Shown here piece by piece: positions 1-12,500 of a DNA stretch of 64,000 nt (positions within the stretch are counted from its first letter, which is position 1; every line of letters begins with the position of its first letter). Location of the stretch: NCBI RefSeq assembly GCF_002113885.1, contig NW_018408770.1, positions 536,115 to 600,114 on the forward strand. The letters run 5' to 3'. Made by a program: the position numbers and the translations under genes. The notes beneath the pieces were generated by a model, which saw only the letters and a list, made by a program, of their open reading frames with translations, was not told where the DNA came from and made no database searches. The DNA is from Mizuhopecten yessoensis. Its lineage: Eukaryota.

Positions 1-475
1 CCTCCCAGGAATGCTTTTGATCAAATATGATTGATATCCAGTGCACAGTTCTACAGAAGAAGTCGTTTGTAGCAATATAGCCAAATTGCCCCCTTTTGGC
101 CCCGCCCCTAAGCCCCCTGAAGAGTCAGCCCCACCATTTGTACAATTTTTAATCACCACCACCTAGGGATGCTTCCAGTCAAATATGGTTGATATCCACT
201 TCTTAGTTCCAGAGAAGAAGTCGCTTAAAGCAATATGGGCAAATTGACCCCTTTTGGCCCCGCCCCTCAGCCCCCTGGGGGGTCAGCCACACCATTTGTA
301 CAATTTTAAATCCCCACCACCTAGGGATGCTTCCAGTCAAATTTAGTTCAATTCCAACCGGTGGTTAAGAAGAAGAAGTCGTTTAAAGAAATTGTTGACG
401 GACGGACGGACGGACGACTGACGCCACGGTATGGCATAAGCTCACCTTGGTCCTTCGGACCAGGTGAGCTAATAA
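1..475 (-). mobile_element. Helentron-type non-autonomous element (HINE-like), 5' part, with ~158-bp internal repeats
   Basis: reverse strand TAGCTCACCTGG subTIR, inverted copy GGTGAGCT, (GTCC)n microsatellite, tandem internal units. Confidence 0.8.
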
Positions 476-2554
476 TATGACAGAAAAGTATTGGGGGGGA
501 AATTCCCCAGGAATTAAAACCCAAATGGAACGAAACGAGGAATTGGAAATAACTAGTGAGTGAGAGCCCTAAGTGTGTCAATAGCTATCGACAAAAGGGA
601 TAATATTATTGTCACTATTGGACTTACCTGATTTCCAATTTACTGATGCGTATCTCAAGCGCTCCAGCGTCTGTCTGTCGACACTTGGGTGCCACCTAGC
701 AGTGAAAGACTTCCCCAGTCACACCCACTGGCCCAAAACCATTTGTCAACACTTCGCATCCTGGATACTGCTCACGCCAATTCACACCCTCTCTCTGAGG
801 AGCTGCGAGTGAAAAAAATAACAGTTAATACATTTTTATTTTCGACTGAATTTGAAGCTGGACTACAAAAATAGGTGGAAACAAGGGTGGCTAAGTACCC
901 AATGTTAACCTTATGAGAGAATCAGTTAAACCGAATGAGAAATTTTACACCAGTCTGTATGAATTAACATACACACTCAACTTTCATCAGAATAGAGGAG
1001 ATACCTTATTTCTTTAAACAAGTCTCAATACTTTTTTAGATCCATTCCCACGATGGCACATCAAAATAGTTGCATATACTGTTTTAGTACGAGACATTTT
1101 AAAGGACAACAATTTATACCTATTAGTAAAATATCAACTCTGTCCTAGTGTAAAGGACACAACTGACTTGATGATATAAATATTGATCACTTAATTTGTC
1201 CTTGATACCAATTTTTTACCATTGAATATAATGTGAACTGGCATACAGAAGAACAAGGAAGTGAAACATTAGTAACTACCGGTATTAACATATGGCCTTT
1301 TTATGTATTTTGTGATTCTGTCAAGAATGATGACGCATTTCCTCCAAAATAAATTACGTTTAATTAAGAATCACAACTCAAGCATGTACCTGTCCATTTT
1401 AAATAACCTTTATATCCAGGAAGTTTCATTGAATTACTTTCCCATGCTTACCATTATGAACAAAGAGGAAAATGACGTGTGGCTTTGACCTTTTATCAAG
1501 AATTATATAACGGTTATGAGACCGTATCACATGCAAATACAAGCTGTAAGAATAAAATGGACACACAGTTAAGAGCACTACGTGTTACATAGTCTCCAGT
1601 TTCCACTACATTAGTCTAGGAATAGATCAAGTTTGGCCTAAAAATGAGTTATGTGGTTCTAGTTTAATCCTACACAACCTATTTTGACATTGGACCTCAA
1701 GCCTATAGCTTTTGAGCTAATTTTAAACAAGTGCTGTTAAGGTCAAGATTTTTTCCTATATAACTTACATAATTTTTGGCATTTAAAGAAAATACATTTT
1801 GACCTATAGAGTTAGGTCTAGATCAAATAAAAAATAAATAGTGAAATTACTCAGCAGTCTGGTAATGTTTTATCAAATTGTACCAGATTTTCACTAATTA
1901 GTGTTTTGGTGACCATTATAGGGCTGAATCGTCGCCACTTGACAATGGATAACAAACGTCATGAAACTGCATTGGAAGTAAGCTAATGATGATGTGTAGG
2001 GAGGGAGTTTAGTCTGTTGCCACCTGGACAGTCTACGCACAAAGGCTGTCATTCATCCTGGCTTCAACTAGTGTCACTTGTGCCCACATAAACACATTAC
2101 ATGCACAGAAGACACCCCACGCACAGGTGTTAGGTATTGCCTCCGTCTCCCAGTCCTAAAATCACCCCAACATCTTAAATCATTGATCCGCCAGGTTTGT
2201 AGGCCTAATGCCTCCGACACTATATCTATGGGATTTTACACCTCAAGTCTTGACTAATAAATAGTAGCATCTATATCAAGCCCACACTCATGGCACCCAT
2301 GACATGTAAAACCTTTCTAGACGATCATGTACTATACTTGAAACCAGACACAACATCAAAGACAATACACATTTTCAATGTCTTCAAAGTCAAGTGTGTA
2401 CAATCTCGTGTCCAAAATCAGCCTTCTCTATATTCTCAATATAGTCTGTCCTAAAGTCTACCTTGTATACATTCTTATATTTCTAAACATTTTCTTCAGG
2501 ATGGTAAGTATGGATTATGGGAGGTTCTTTTTACACAACCAATAAAATTTTCTA

Positions 2555-2606
2555 TGTGACGTTTCGATGACTAGTACGATATGTACACTGTCACCCTCAT
2601 CAGACA
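2555..2606 (-). ncRNA. minimal type I hammerhead ribozyme motif (Penelope-like element type)
   Basis: minus strand UGU-CUGAUGA-G-GGUGAC...GUCAUC-GAAA-CG-UC-ACA: catalytic core, stem II and short stem I. Confidence 0.6.
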
Positions 2607-2679
2607 AATGACCAATGAAGCGTATGCACACAAAGGTGTAAAATGTGTACGAGTTGTCCATAAAAACGATAAAATGATA

Positions 2680-2793
2680 AACGCTGGAAACACATGTTCA
2701 ACAGTGGTTATATATGTACCAAAATGACAAAGCGTAGCTGAATTGAGTCATTTCGGTACATATATAACAACTATTGTACATACGTTTCCAGCG
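2680..2793. repeat. inverted repeat, ~50-bp arms
   Basis: ACGCTGGAAAC...GTTATATATGTACCAAAATGAC versus GTCATTTCGGTACATATATAAC...GTTTCCAGCGT. Confidence 0.8.
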
Positions 2794-3066
2794 TATTTTC
2801 AATATCTCCTATCATTTCTTTTTGTCTCCTTTCCTAAGGTCAACATTGTACTGTACATAACTCTGTATTCCCTGTCCCAGACAACTTTCTATGCATGCAC
2901 ATCAATGTCTTTCATTCCAATATCCGCCTCGTATATAATTTTCCATATTTCCTGACCTAAGGTCAACCTTGAATATATTTTTATTGTTTTATTGTCTCCT
3001 AAGGTCAACCTTGAATATATTTTTATTGTCTCCTTTCCCAAGGTCAACCTTGTAAATTCATTTTAT

Positions 3067-3870
3067 ACAACATTGAGGCCCATTGGTCCAACAATACTTT
3101 CAACCTCATTAGATTAAAATCTCTTTATTTGTACTGAAGGTGTAGTCTTTTAGATGATTTCACCTAACTTTCCTATTTGCCCCCATACCTGCCTCCAGGG
3201 CCCGGGGATTATTTTTCCCAAATAAGATTAAAATCCACTGTTTAACACTGAAGGTGTACAATTTCAAAGATTTACCCCTATTTCCCATATTGTGTCCCAC
3301 CACTCACACTCCCATGAGGCAGCATCTTTTACCAGGGTATACAATATCAAGTTCCCTTGGACCAGATATCCTTAATCTCAAATTAGCTTAAAATACTTTT
3401 ACCTGCAGTGAAGGTGTATAGCCTAAAGATTTATTCTTATTTCCCCTGTTGGACCCAATTCCTAATGCAAATATAGGTTCACATCCGTCTTTTATAGAAA
3501 ATAAAATTTCTTTGGCTGAGGAATCATTTATGTCATGTATTTTTCCTCTGTCCAAGGGGAGGGGAGTACACCATTCATTTACATTAAAAAAATAGTTCCC
3601 TGGGGCCAGGGATTCTTCATAACAAGTTCCGCTAAAAAATTAACTTGGGATTTCAAATATTTAATCTAATTTCCCCTATTAAACATTAACTCAACCCTTT
3701 TGCTCCAGGGAAGCACACCCTTCATTTATAAAAGATCAAGTTCTCTTGCTCGAGTGTAACTTGTACAAGTATAACAGATCAGGTTAAAGTCTCTTCCTCA
3801 TACTGCAGAAAGAGGATTTTAAAGATTTAGCCCTAATTTCTCTTGCTTAGTCGTGTTGCGCTGTAAACTT
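3067..3870 (-). mobile_element. decayed HINE-like element related to 31352-32562
   Basis: recurring aaagattta..ctatttccc, cttcatttata and cccttgg..cag motifs about every 150 bp, complementary to the 31.4-kb element. Confidence 0.55.
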
Positions 3871-4410
3871 AGTCCCCTTTGTCCAAGAATACTTCACATC
3901 AGCTGTTCGAGACAAGTCCTTTTTAAAATGAAAAAAAGTGTAAACTTTAATCTGCTGTTTTTCAACAAATCAAACAAAAGCATAAAATATTCAGTGTGCA
4001 GTGAAAAAAATGGCAAAACTTCATTGAAATGCTGAAATCAACTATATTGCACTGTTAATTTGGGCAGGGGCCTTTGTCTTATTTTGGGAAGAAAATACAC
4101 CTATTGGGAAGCAAATGTTCAAGAATAAACTGCATGGGGAATTTGGCAAAAATATTAAAGTTCCCTGAAATTTTCCAGAAAAAGACCTCGACCAAAAACA
4201 ATAGTTATGAAAACATACTTTGTTATTGGCTTCAAATAGTTTGCTGAGGTAATATAAAATTACATGAGAATTAAGGTGAATTCCAGGTTCTGGTAGTAAT
4301 GTTTTTTTATAAATACCTGATACTTGGAAAACTTGGAGAGATATCACATAAACCCAGGTACAGTGGAAGGGAAATAACTCTATATTTAGACTAAATGCAG
4401 GTTATAAATG

Positions 4411-4538
4411 TGTAACAGGAAAGGAAAAATGCACTGCCAGACCGGGGTTCGAACCCGGGACCTTCCAAACTCTGGACGGACGCTCAACCAATTGACCTAT
4501 CTGGTCGCCGACGATCGACCCAGTCCAGTTCCGTTACA
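4411..4538 (-). mobile_element. solo LTR of a tRNA-containing miniature LTR retroelement
   Basis: TGTAAC...GTTACA termini, perfect 4-bp TSD AATG, tRNA-like core at 4435-4506, homologous to the LTRs at 62224-62583. Confidence 0.85.
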
Positions 4539-5459
4539 AATGTATTGCTTTTGAAAAATTCTTAAACTTTAAAGATGAGTCCCCATCAATTTTTTGTATT
4601 TCTAATTATCAATAGTATGCTTTTCTTGTAATGCAATATTATGGATATATAGCATATGAAAAGTACAAAATGGAGCATTATATCTCATTGCTTTTTATTA
4701 CATTTCAAAATATCATCCTGATAGATTGTAAGCTAACAAGTGGCTGCTTTCTTTAAAAACTCATATTCCGATATGTATTAGGGCAAAACAAATTTCAGGT
4801 GCGTTATGATGGCCCAGTTCTGCAAGCAATAGAAAATTTATGTTAACTTGCCGGAACGACCACTGCAAAGTTTTGTATTGAATATTAATTACTATATCCA
4901 CAGCTTTATTTATGCTAGACCATATGTACATTATAGAGGTTAATACCTATATATAATATATCTATGTTTTTGGACCAGTAGATATCACCGATAGCCGAAT
5001 ACTTCAAATCAAATTAATTTGACCGACCAATGCTGGAATCAACATTCTAACCCAAATGTTCTGAGCCTAGGTTTTGCCTGCCCTTGATGTGTCCTTTCAA
5101 TTAATACATCAATAACCAAAACTTTTACCATTTCATTACGTTTTTAACAAACATAATTTAGAAGATTTTTTTTTATATGGTAGCTTATTTAATTCATCAT
5201 AAGGCCCCATACTAATTTTGAAACTATTTTATTATTATTCTGACACTTACAGTATCTTTAGAACTTTCTAAATAGTGTTTCTGGAAATGTCAAAAACTTC
5301 TTTAACTAGAAGTTAAAGAAGAACTAACATTAATGCTAAATGGGTTTTTTTATGATGGTTGTCAAATAGTGCCAAAAGTCAGCGAGAACTTAACATGTAA
5401 ATAAGTACTTAAATTGTTTTTCTTTAAACTAATACAACCGGTCACTAATAACACTAACA

Positions 5460-5720
5460 TTCTTACTCCCACAAACCCCAGAACATGATACAGAAGCGAT
5501 CATTACGCTACATACCATTACAGAATGGCATCTCCTTCCAATTAACTATCACCCATCGTACACCACTAGAAGAATTTAGAGCAAGCACCTGGTGACTTAC
5601 ATACTAGAAGACACACACAAACATCAAAACAATCAATCCATGACATTTTTAACTTTTTTTATCTAACAGCAAAATACCATTCCACATCATGATTTTGAAT
5701 CTTAACGGGAAGAAGAAGAA
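5460..5720 (+). mobile_element. decayed LINE 3' end
   Basis: HTITEWHLLP resembles the ..TI.EWN.LP ORF2 C-terminus; (GAA)n tail. Confidence 0.4.
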
Positions 5721-6434
5721 TAATTACAAATAATAGAAAATATCACTGTACATTAGTTCAAACTCACAAAATGCTGCCAAGTTAAACCCCCATCCGCTCA
5801 ATCGGGCAGACCGGGCAACCCTCTCCAACCATAATCATCAATACTGATAGAGGACTATAGAATGATTATAAACAGTAGATAAGGACATTTGTATTTAAAG
5901 GGAACAACTCATGTTTTTGTTAACAAAGTCCTTCACTCAATTGTGAGACTGCTTATTGCTTAAATTATAATGTTAAGCATTAAAATTGTCAATTAGTGAA
6001 TTATTCATTACCACATCAGTTATTTTCAATATGAAATCATAAATCTCAGTCTCACAAGCCTACAGTCTCCCTTTTCGGACTCCAAAATTCGCTTAAAGGT
6101 TGCATGATTACAGTTTAGAAAAGTTATATGGTAATCTTAGGCCATTCCCTTGGTCTTGCACTTTTTGAGTTTTGTTTTGGCAGACTTTTCTTAAAATTAC
6201 TTCAGTTTTAAATCACATTAATTTGTTACTATTTCCTTGTTTATATTATCGGTAACACTTAAAACAACTCGTTCAAACTGTGAATTCAATTGGTTAATTT
6301 CTAAACAGTATTGTGTTTCCTTTGAAATTTTCGCGGAATATTACCTTTCATTTTCCTAAGGTAAACCATTGCCACGTTCCGCATGAAAGCGGAATGTTTA
6401 CAAGCGTTTAGTTGACCTTATTTAATGTCTTCAA

Positions 6435-6471
6435 TGCGCATGCGCGCTATATCAAAATAAATCGCCATTTT
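6435..6471 (+). promoter_or_regulatory. FCHO promoter motifs: NRF1-like TGCGCATGCGCG and YY1-like CGCCATTTT
   Basis: motifs 35-70 nt upstream of the ATG in a locally CpG-richer stretch, typical of housekeeping promoters. Confidence 0.6.
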
Positions 6472-6505
6472 CTGTATCTCTCCAGATGATTTTAATAAGT
6501 CCAGG

Positions 6506-6532
6506 ATGACATCATTTGCAGATCACTTCTGG
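6506..6532 (+). CDS. FCHO2: FCHO exon 1 (MTSFADHFW)
   Basis: ATG at 6506, donor GTATGA; joins GEKNNGF to give the conserved FWGEKN start. Confidence 0.9.
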
Positions 6533-9500
6533 GTATGACATTTGGACTTTTAAATTAGCAGTTGTGCATTTGCTATATCAACTACTCTGTTTCACGGGTG
6601 GTTATTGCAATCGCAAATGTTCGCCATTTGAAAAAGGGGGTGTACCCTGTCCCTGTCAAGTGTCGGTGTGGCGACTGTCAGCGTGCAAGAGATGCCTTAT
6701 GGTCGATTTGTACCTTACGGAATAAATCAAAGAAATGGAAAGTTTTCGTTCTTGAATGATAAATAGACATATTCAACTATTAAGTTTGGGCTTTTTAGTG
6801 TATCTAATTTTATGTACCCAATCGTATCATGGCGTCTCTTTCGAATGCAGACGGTTGTACTCATTCTTACAGAAATCCTACTAATTCAAAATGCCCTGAA
6901 TATCTGTAATCCTTTATGACGCTTAAAGACGACTCATTAAGATCTTTCATACTAATCAATATACAATGCTATATTTGAAGTGGTTTTGTTCTCGCGAAAT
7001 AAAATGAAAGTGTCGTTTACACTTTGGCAAAACATGTATTCAAGGAGGAAGGGAGATTTATGCCTAAGCTTATACATGTATATACATTTTCATGTTTGCC
7101 CGCAATATCCAAGTTGATTTTTGAGCAGGTCACACAAATCAATCTGTCTACCAGTTTCTATGGTGAAACTAAATCAGGATAAATGTGTTGCATATTGTGT
7201 ACTTATTTGGTAGACTAAAAGTAAATCTATCAAGCATTAACTTAACCTTATGCTTCACAATGTGACCATGTAAATGGTGGAAAAGAAAATTCAATGAAAC
7301 CATCTGTTCATGAATTAAGTTGGCGAAGTTTCATTTTCAAACTGACAAGTATTGAAAATATATCCGAACTGGACTGAATCCATTGTTAACGTCTAGTTAG
7401 CTCAATGGTTTTGACTGTCCGTCTTGTGTTTGGATGACCCAGGTTTGAAACTAGCTGGTTAGAGGTCTGGCCATGCAGTTATCTCCATCATGTAATGCAA
7501 ATTTTTGAAATAAAAATGTCATCCTCCATGGCAGAATATGGGTACGATTCTGTTTGAGGGGATTGACTTACGAGTTAAAAGAAATGCAATTCAAATTAAC
7601 TGAATTTTCATTTATCTGAACTGGAATTTTGAACCACAGTACATATATATGTTACCTGTAAAGCTCACAATTTGGCTATGCTTCACAGCCACACTAAAAA
7701 CAAAGAGTGTTAGCTAGGTATTAATGTTATTAAACTAACTAAGCCTCTTATTTTTCAGTGTTAGTTGGTGCACTTGGATTTGTTCTCGCTCATAACCAAG
7801 CCAAGTAGCTTGTTATACTGACTTATAGTGCAACATAGTGTTACCAACTTCTGGTGAACTTCACTTGGAAACAAAAATCTATAACATCAGGTAGCCTAGT
7901 ACATAAAAATCAAAGAATGATAAAGACATAAATTAACACATTGTGTTAAAGCTTTATTTTTTATTTTCAGGGAGAGAAGAACAATGGCTTTTTCGTGTTG
8001 TATCATAACATGAAACATGGCCAAACAGCATCAAAGGAATTCATTGATTTCCTTAGGGAGAGGTATGTACAGTAGTCGTCAACAAAACCTAAATCTGTTA
8101 TAACAAAGATCAGTAAAGTTCTTGGCTTTTTATTTGTTTTAATACCAACAGAAAACAAGTTACTTGAGTCCAGTTTCCTTCAAGATTCAATAATTTTTAA
8201 CTATTGTCATACATGTTTAAATACAAACTTTAGCTCTGTTGAACTGTTAATTATTGCGACAAATAATAATAACCAATTTACTATAGCTGGAACAGAAAAG
8301 GATACATTTTCTCACAATAAGCTAGAAATATTATTCATTTTAACGTAATGAAGAGATTCTGAACAAGGCAAAGTTGTTTTGTTTGTCTAACTTGAGTTTA
8401 AGTAAATATTCTGAAGACAAAAGTTTTTACTGAGTTTCTTTTTAAAACGTTAAATTTAAAAGTAGTTGGATAAACATGATAAACAATTATCTATAATTAA
8501 TAAGATCTTTTTCTTGCATGTATATTGATTTTTTTAACCAGGGTAAAATAGTGCATGCTTGAGAACCATAACTTCACCATTTAGTTTGATGTTGCATAGC
8601 ATTATGACATTCTGTTTTATGCAGCAAAAATTCAAGACAAGACTATTACCTGTATGTGTTGTTTAATCATTACTTTGGTTGTTTATCCTATCCCCCAGGG
8701 TTAGGCATATACCTAGAGTATATATATATAGTTGTGTGAGAAACTCATTAAAAATGTGTATTGCTTGTACTTGACAGCTGTAAGGTGGAAGAAAGCTATA
8801 GCACACTACTTAACAAGCTAGCTCGGACTGCTGCTACTAGTGCTCAAGTCGGGTAAGTCACGACCGGCATCACAGATGTCCAGCGGCACATCTCAGACTG
8901 GTCAGTTTGGGTTAGGAATACATGTACAGTATAAAGTAAAAAATGATGGTACATGTATACCAAATATTGAAAGAATTGACAACAAAAACAAACCTGTTCT
9001 TGTACTATAACCCTTTGAAAAGAGGTTCAATATGAGTAAAGGCTGGATTGTAATGTATAAGAAAAAGTCTAGCAATGACATTGCAGAGCAATAAATGTCT
9101 ACCTGGTACATTAAAGTCAGAATTACTCGTTAGCAAATACTGATTCCATGGTATAGTAAAGTAGCTACAACTTCTGAGATGCATGTTTATCTGGATTTTC
9201 AAGTAAGAAAGACTAACAAATTATAAGCCAGCATGTCTAGACAATGTTAATTTGACCCTACTGTTTTTTTCCACCAGGGCGGTGAAAGGAGGCAATTATG
9301 AGTAAACAAATTTACTAACTTTATTTCATTTTTTTTTTTAAATGTTCTTCACAAAGTGCAAAAAATGAATTGATGTGTAAATATAAGCATTATTCTCGAA
9401 AAAGTGATTGCTGTTTTTTCAAGTGTAAATCAGCAACAGTTTTTTGATGAAACTAAATAACATCTGATTGAACCATTATATATACCTATTATAACTAGCC

Positions 9501-12500
9501 AATTAATGGTGTATTTTACAATGACAATGCATGACAGACATTTGAGTTGAAATTTGTATTTTATATAAAGTCATGTATTAATCTGACGTCCTGAAAAAAA
9601 GACAATGAATATAATCACTTTACTCGGAATTTTGATATTAATCAACCAAGATTATAAATCATGATTCTTTCATTGCTTATATTTTCATTGTCAAATTATT
9701 TTACAGTTTCCATGGTGGTGGCTTAGAAAATTGAGATTTAAATATTCAGTCCAGGGACTGGGTGGAGGGGGTAAGGGATTGTCTCTTTTGAAGAGATGTA
9801 GTAAATGGATGAAACAAATCCTGGATTTATATGTAAATTATTTTTTTCACTGAATTTTTCAGGGCGGTTATATCTTCATCATAAATATGGTATATAAAAT
9901 TGAAAATTTAATATGTATTTATATTTCATTGACTAAAATAACCAGTAAATATTTTGCAATTTTAATTGATAGTTGATTTCATTGTCAAAGTACATGTACA
10001 TGTTGTAATGTACACATGTATTGACTAAAATATACAAGTAGATATAGTATGGTCAATTACATATCAGATGGTATCTAATTTTAAAGAGCCACTCCCAACT
10101 ACGTATTAGACATAAATCTTATTCACACTTATCTGACTCGGTCATTTGTGTACTAGACAAAGTACTCACAAATGTCATGCCAATGTTTTTAAATACCCCC
10201 TCTCATAAAATCTAAGGGTGAATTGTTCTTCTCCTATTGAATCCAAAGAGAACCTTAGATAATGCAGATGATACGACATTGCCAGTCACACAACCAGCTG
10301 CACAGCCAATTACATAAAATATCTCAGATAGTGTCTAGGTACACCCGTGTAAAGCAATGACCTCTCCCTGTAGAAGTTCACCCCTACACCTCCCATTGTC
10401 TTCAATCCACATTAGAACTTTTTATATTAAAAATAGCATTACCAGCTCATCTCAAAAATGGGAATCAGTTAATCTGTCTGCTAATACCGTTATATGGATT
10501 AAACAAGAAGTGCTTTGATCAAGATAACATAGAAAGTTATTAAAATGTAAATCCCATTGAATGTTTAAAGTCCTAAATGGACAGTTATTTGATAAAATAA
10601 CTTGTTGAAAGAATTCAAGATTGTATCTTGATAAACATATTATAACTTACTGACTCTTAGTCTCGATGATATGAGGTAGGCAAACTACTAATCTCTACAC
10701 ATATGCTTTACTGTACTGACTCATGTGTGGTTGCAGCACATTTGCCCCATTCTGGACTGTGCTAAAGACACTAGCGGAGAAGCTTGCCACACTACATACA
10801 CAGTTACTGCATAGCTGGACAGACCTGATAAAGGATGTCGCCCGCTACAATGATGATCAACACAAACGACACAAAAATGTATGTAACATCCATCTTCATG
10901 TCACGAGTAATTAAAGGATTAAGTATCATCCTTTTGAAACTGGTTTGCATTGCACATGTGCATTGCTGAATAGCTAGAGACATATACGGGGTTTGGGTCG
11001 TAATGTCAGTTGGGTGGGATGGAATTCATTTAATATTGTAGAAAAGAGAAAAGGGACAATTTGATTTGTGTCAATGTGAATATAACAATAGACCATAAGT
11101 AAGTATGACCATTCATGATTTTTTATTTAATTTTCATTGCTTTTAATTTCAGATGAAAGAAACCGAGTCAGGAACACAAGAAATAGTTCATTCCATACAG
11201 CAGACTACAACATCATTACATAAAGTAAGATTCTCTCCACCGTCAGTAAAGATTATTAGACTCTTTCATGCCCAGGGGTGTAGGATAGGGAAATTCCATC
11301 GGAGGGTTTTGCCAAATTTGAAAATCTGGAGGATGTAATTTCCCTATCCTACACCCTTGGGAATAAAAGAGTATTTTTCTCTCAGTATTTGATCACCAGA
11401 ATAAGCTCAGAAACCATGGAAATGTGTATGGACAGGCCTCCATTTTCAATATCGATTTTCCCTGTGAGCATCTTTAGACGAAAACAGATTAGCCAGACAG
11501 ATTTAGTATACCCCATATTTGCAAACACATGTTTGTGCAGAAAAAATAATCACATCTTTCTAACATGTACAGTAAATATATATTAAAAGGTTTTAATTTC
11601 ATCACATCGCCTTTTCCACATTGCGGCATCAGAGAGTTCCAGATTAGTGACGTCACGTCATTGTTGAGCCATTGTGACGTCATGTCGCGTGAAATGGGAT
11701 GTAAGATAGAAATGTCCTACACCCCTTTCTTACCCTGGACAGCTCTATCTTACACACAGGGAAATGAGAGAAAAATATATCATTACTGGTACTTGAAGTA
11801 TGTTTCTCAAGTGAATACAAGTGGTGTGACATGATTTGGTTATGTCACTATGTTCAGCTCACCCGGCCCAAGGTGCTTGAGGAGCTTAATAACTTCTGAA
11901 TTATCAAGAAGTATAGTGTTTAATAGGAGATGTAACATAGTGATACGAATTGTGGAATCCGAGTATCCAACAAAGATTTATAAGGTGTAGACTAAAAGAT
12001 CTCTCCACAAAGACTCATAATGTGTGGGGTAATGATAAAAAGCCTTTTTAAGTTTACCTTGACAATCTTTGGTGTTCATAGGTGCAAAATGAATGACAGG
12101 TGAATGATGCTTTACCATTGGGTCTCTAGTGTATGCTTGTCAACGTGAGGCTTTGTTGTCTCCTTTAGATAATACTGAATAGGTTTGGAGCAATCGCTCA
12201 AGTGACTAAGATTATTAGAGAGCTGTTCATTGATGATGCCCATAAAGCACAGTAATAGCTGGAAAATCTGTTCAAATGACAGAAAACTGTATAAAATATA
12301 AACATATTGATTGAACAGATTGTCTTCTATTCAACAATCAAGCAATGCTTCTTGGTATATATTGTTACTAATTGGTATTCATTCCTGCATGACTATTCAA
12401 AATAATGAGTCCATCATTATATAACTTTGCTATACTCCTAGTTATTTCATTACATCAAGCCATGTTATTCCACCATGTTGACTATTTTCTACATACTTCT

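Noticed and set aside
4435-4506. Functional tRNA genes here and at ~62490-62560
   Set aside because: Mismatched stems, non-canonical anticodon arm, embedded in TG...CA repeats with a TSD; these are element-borne tRNA-like sequences.
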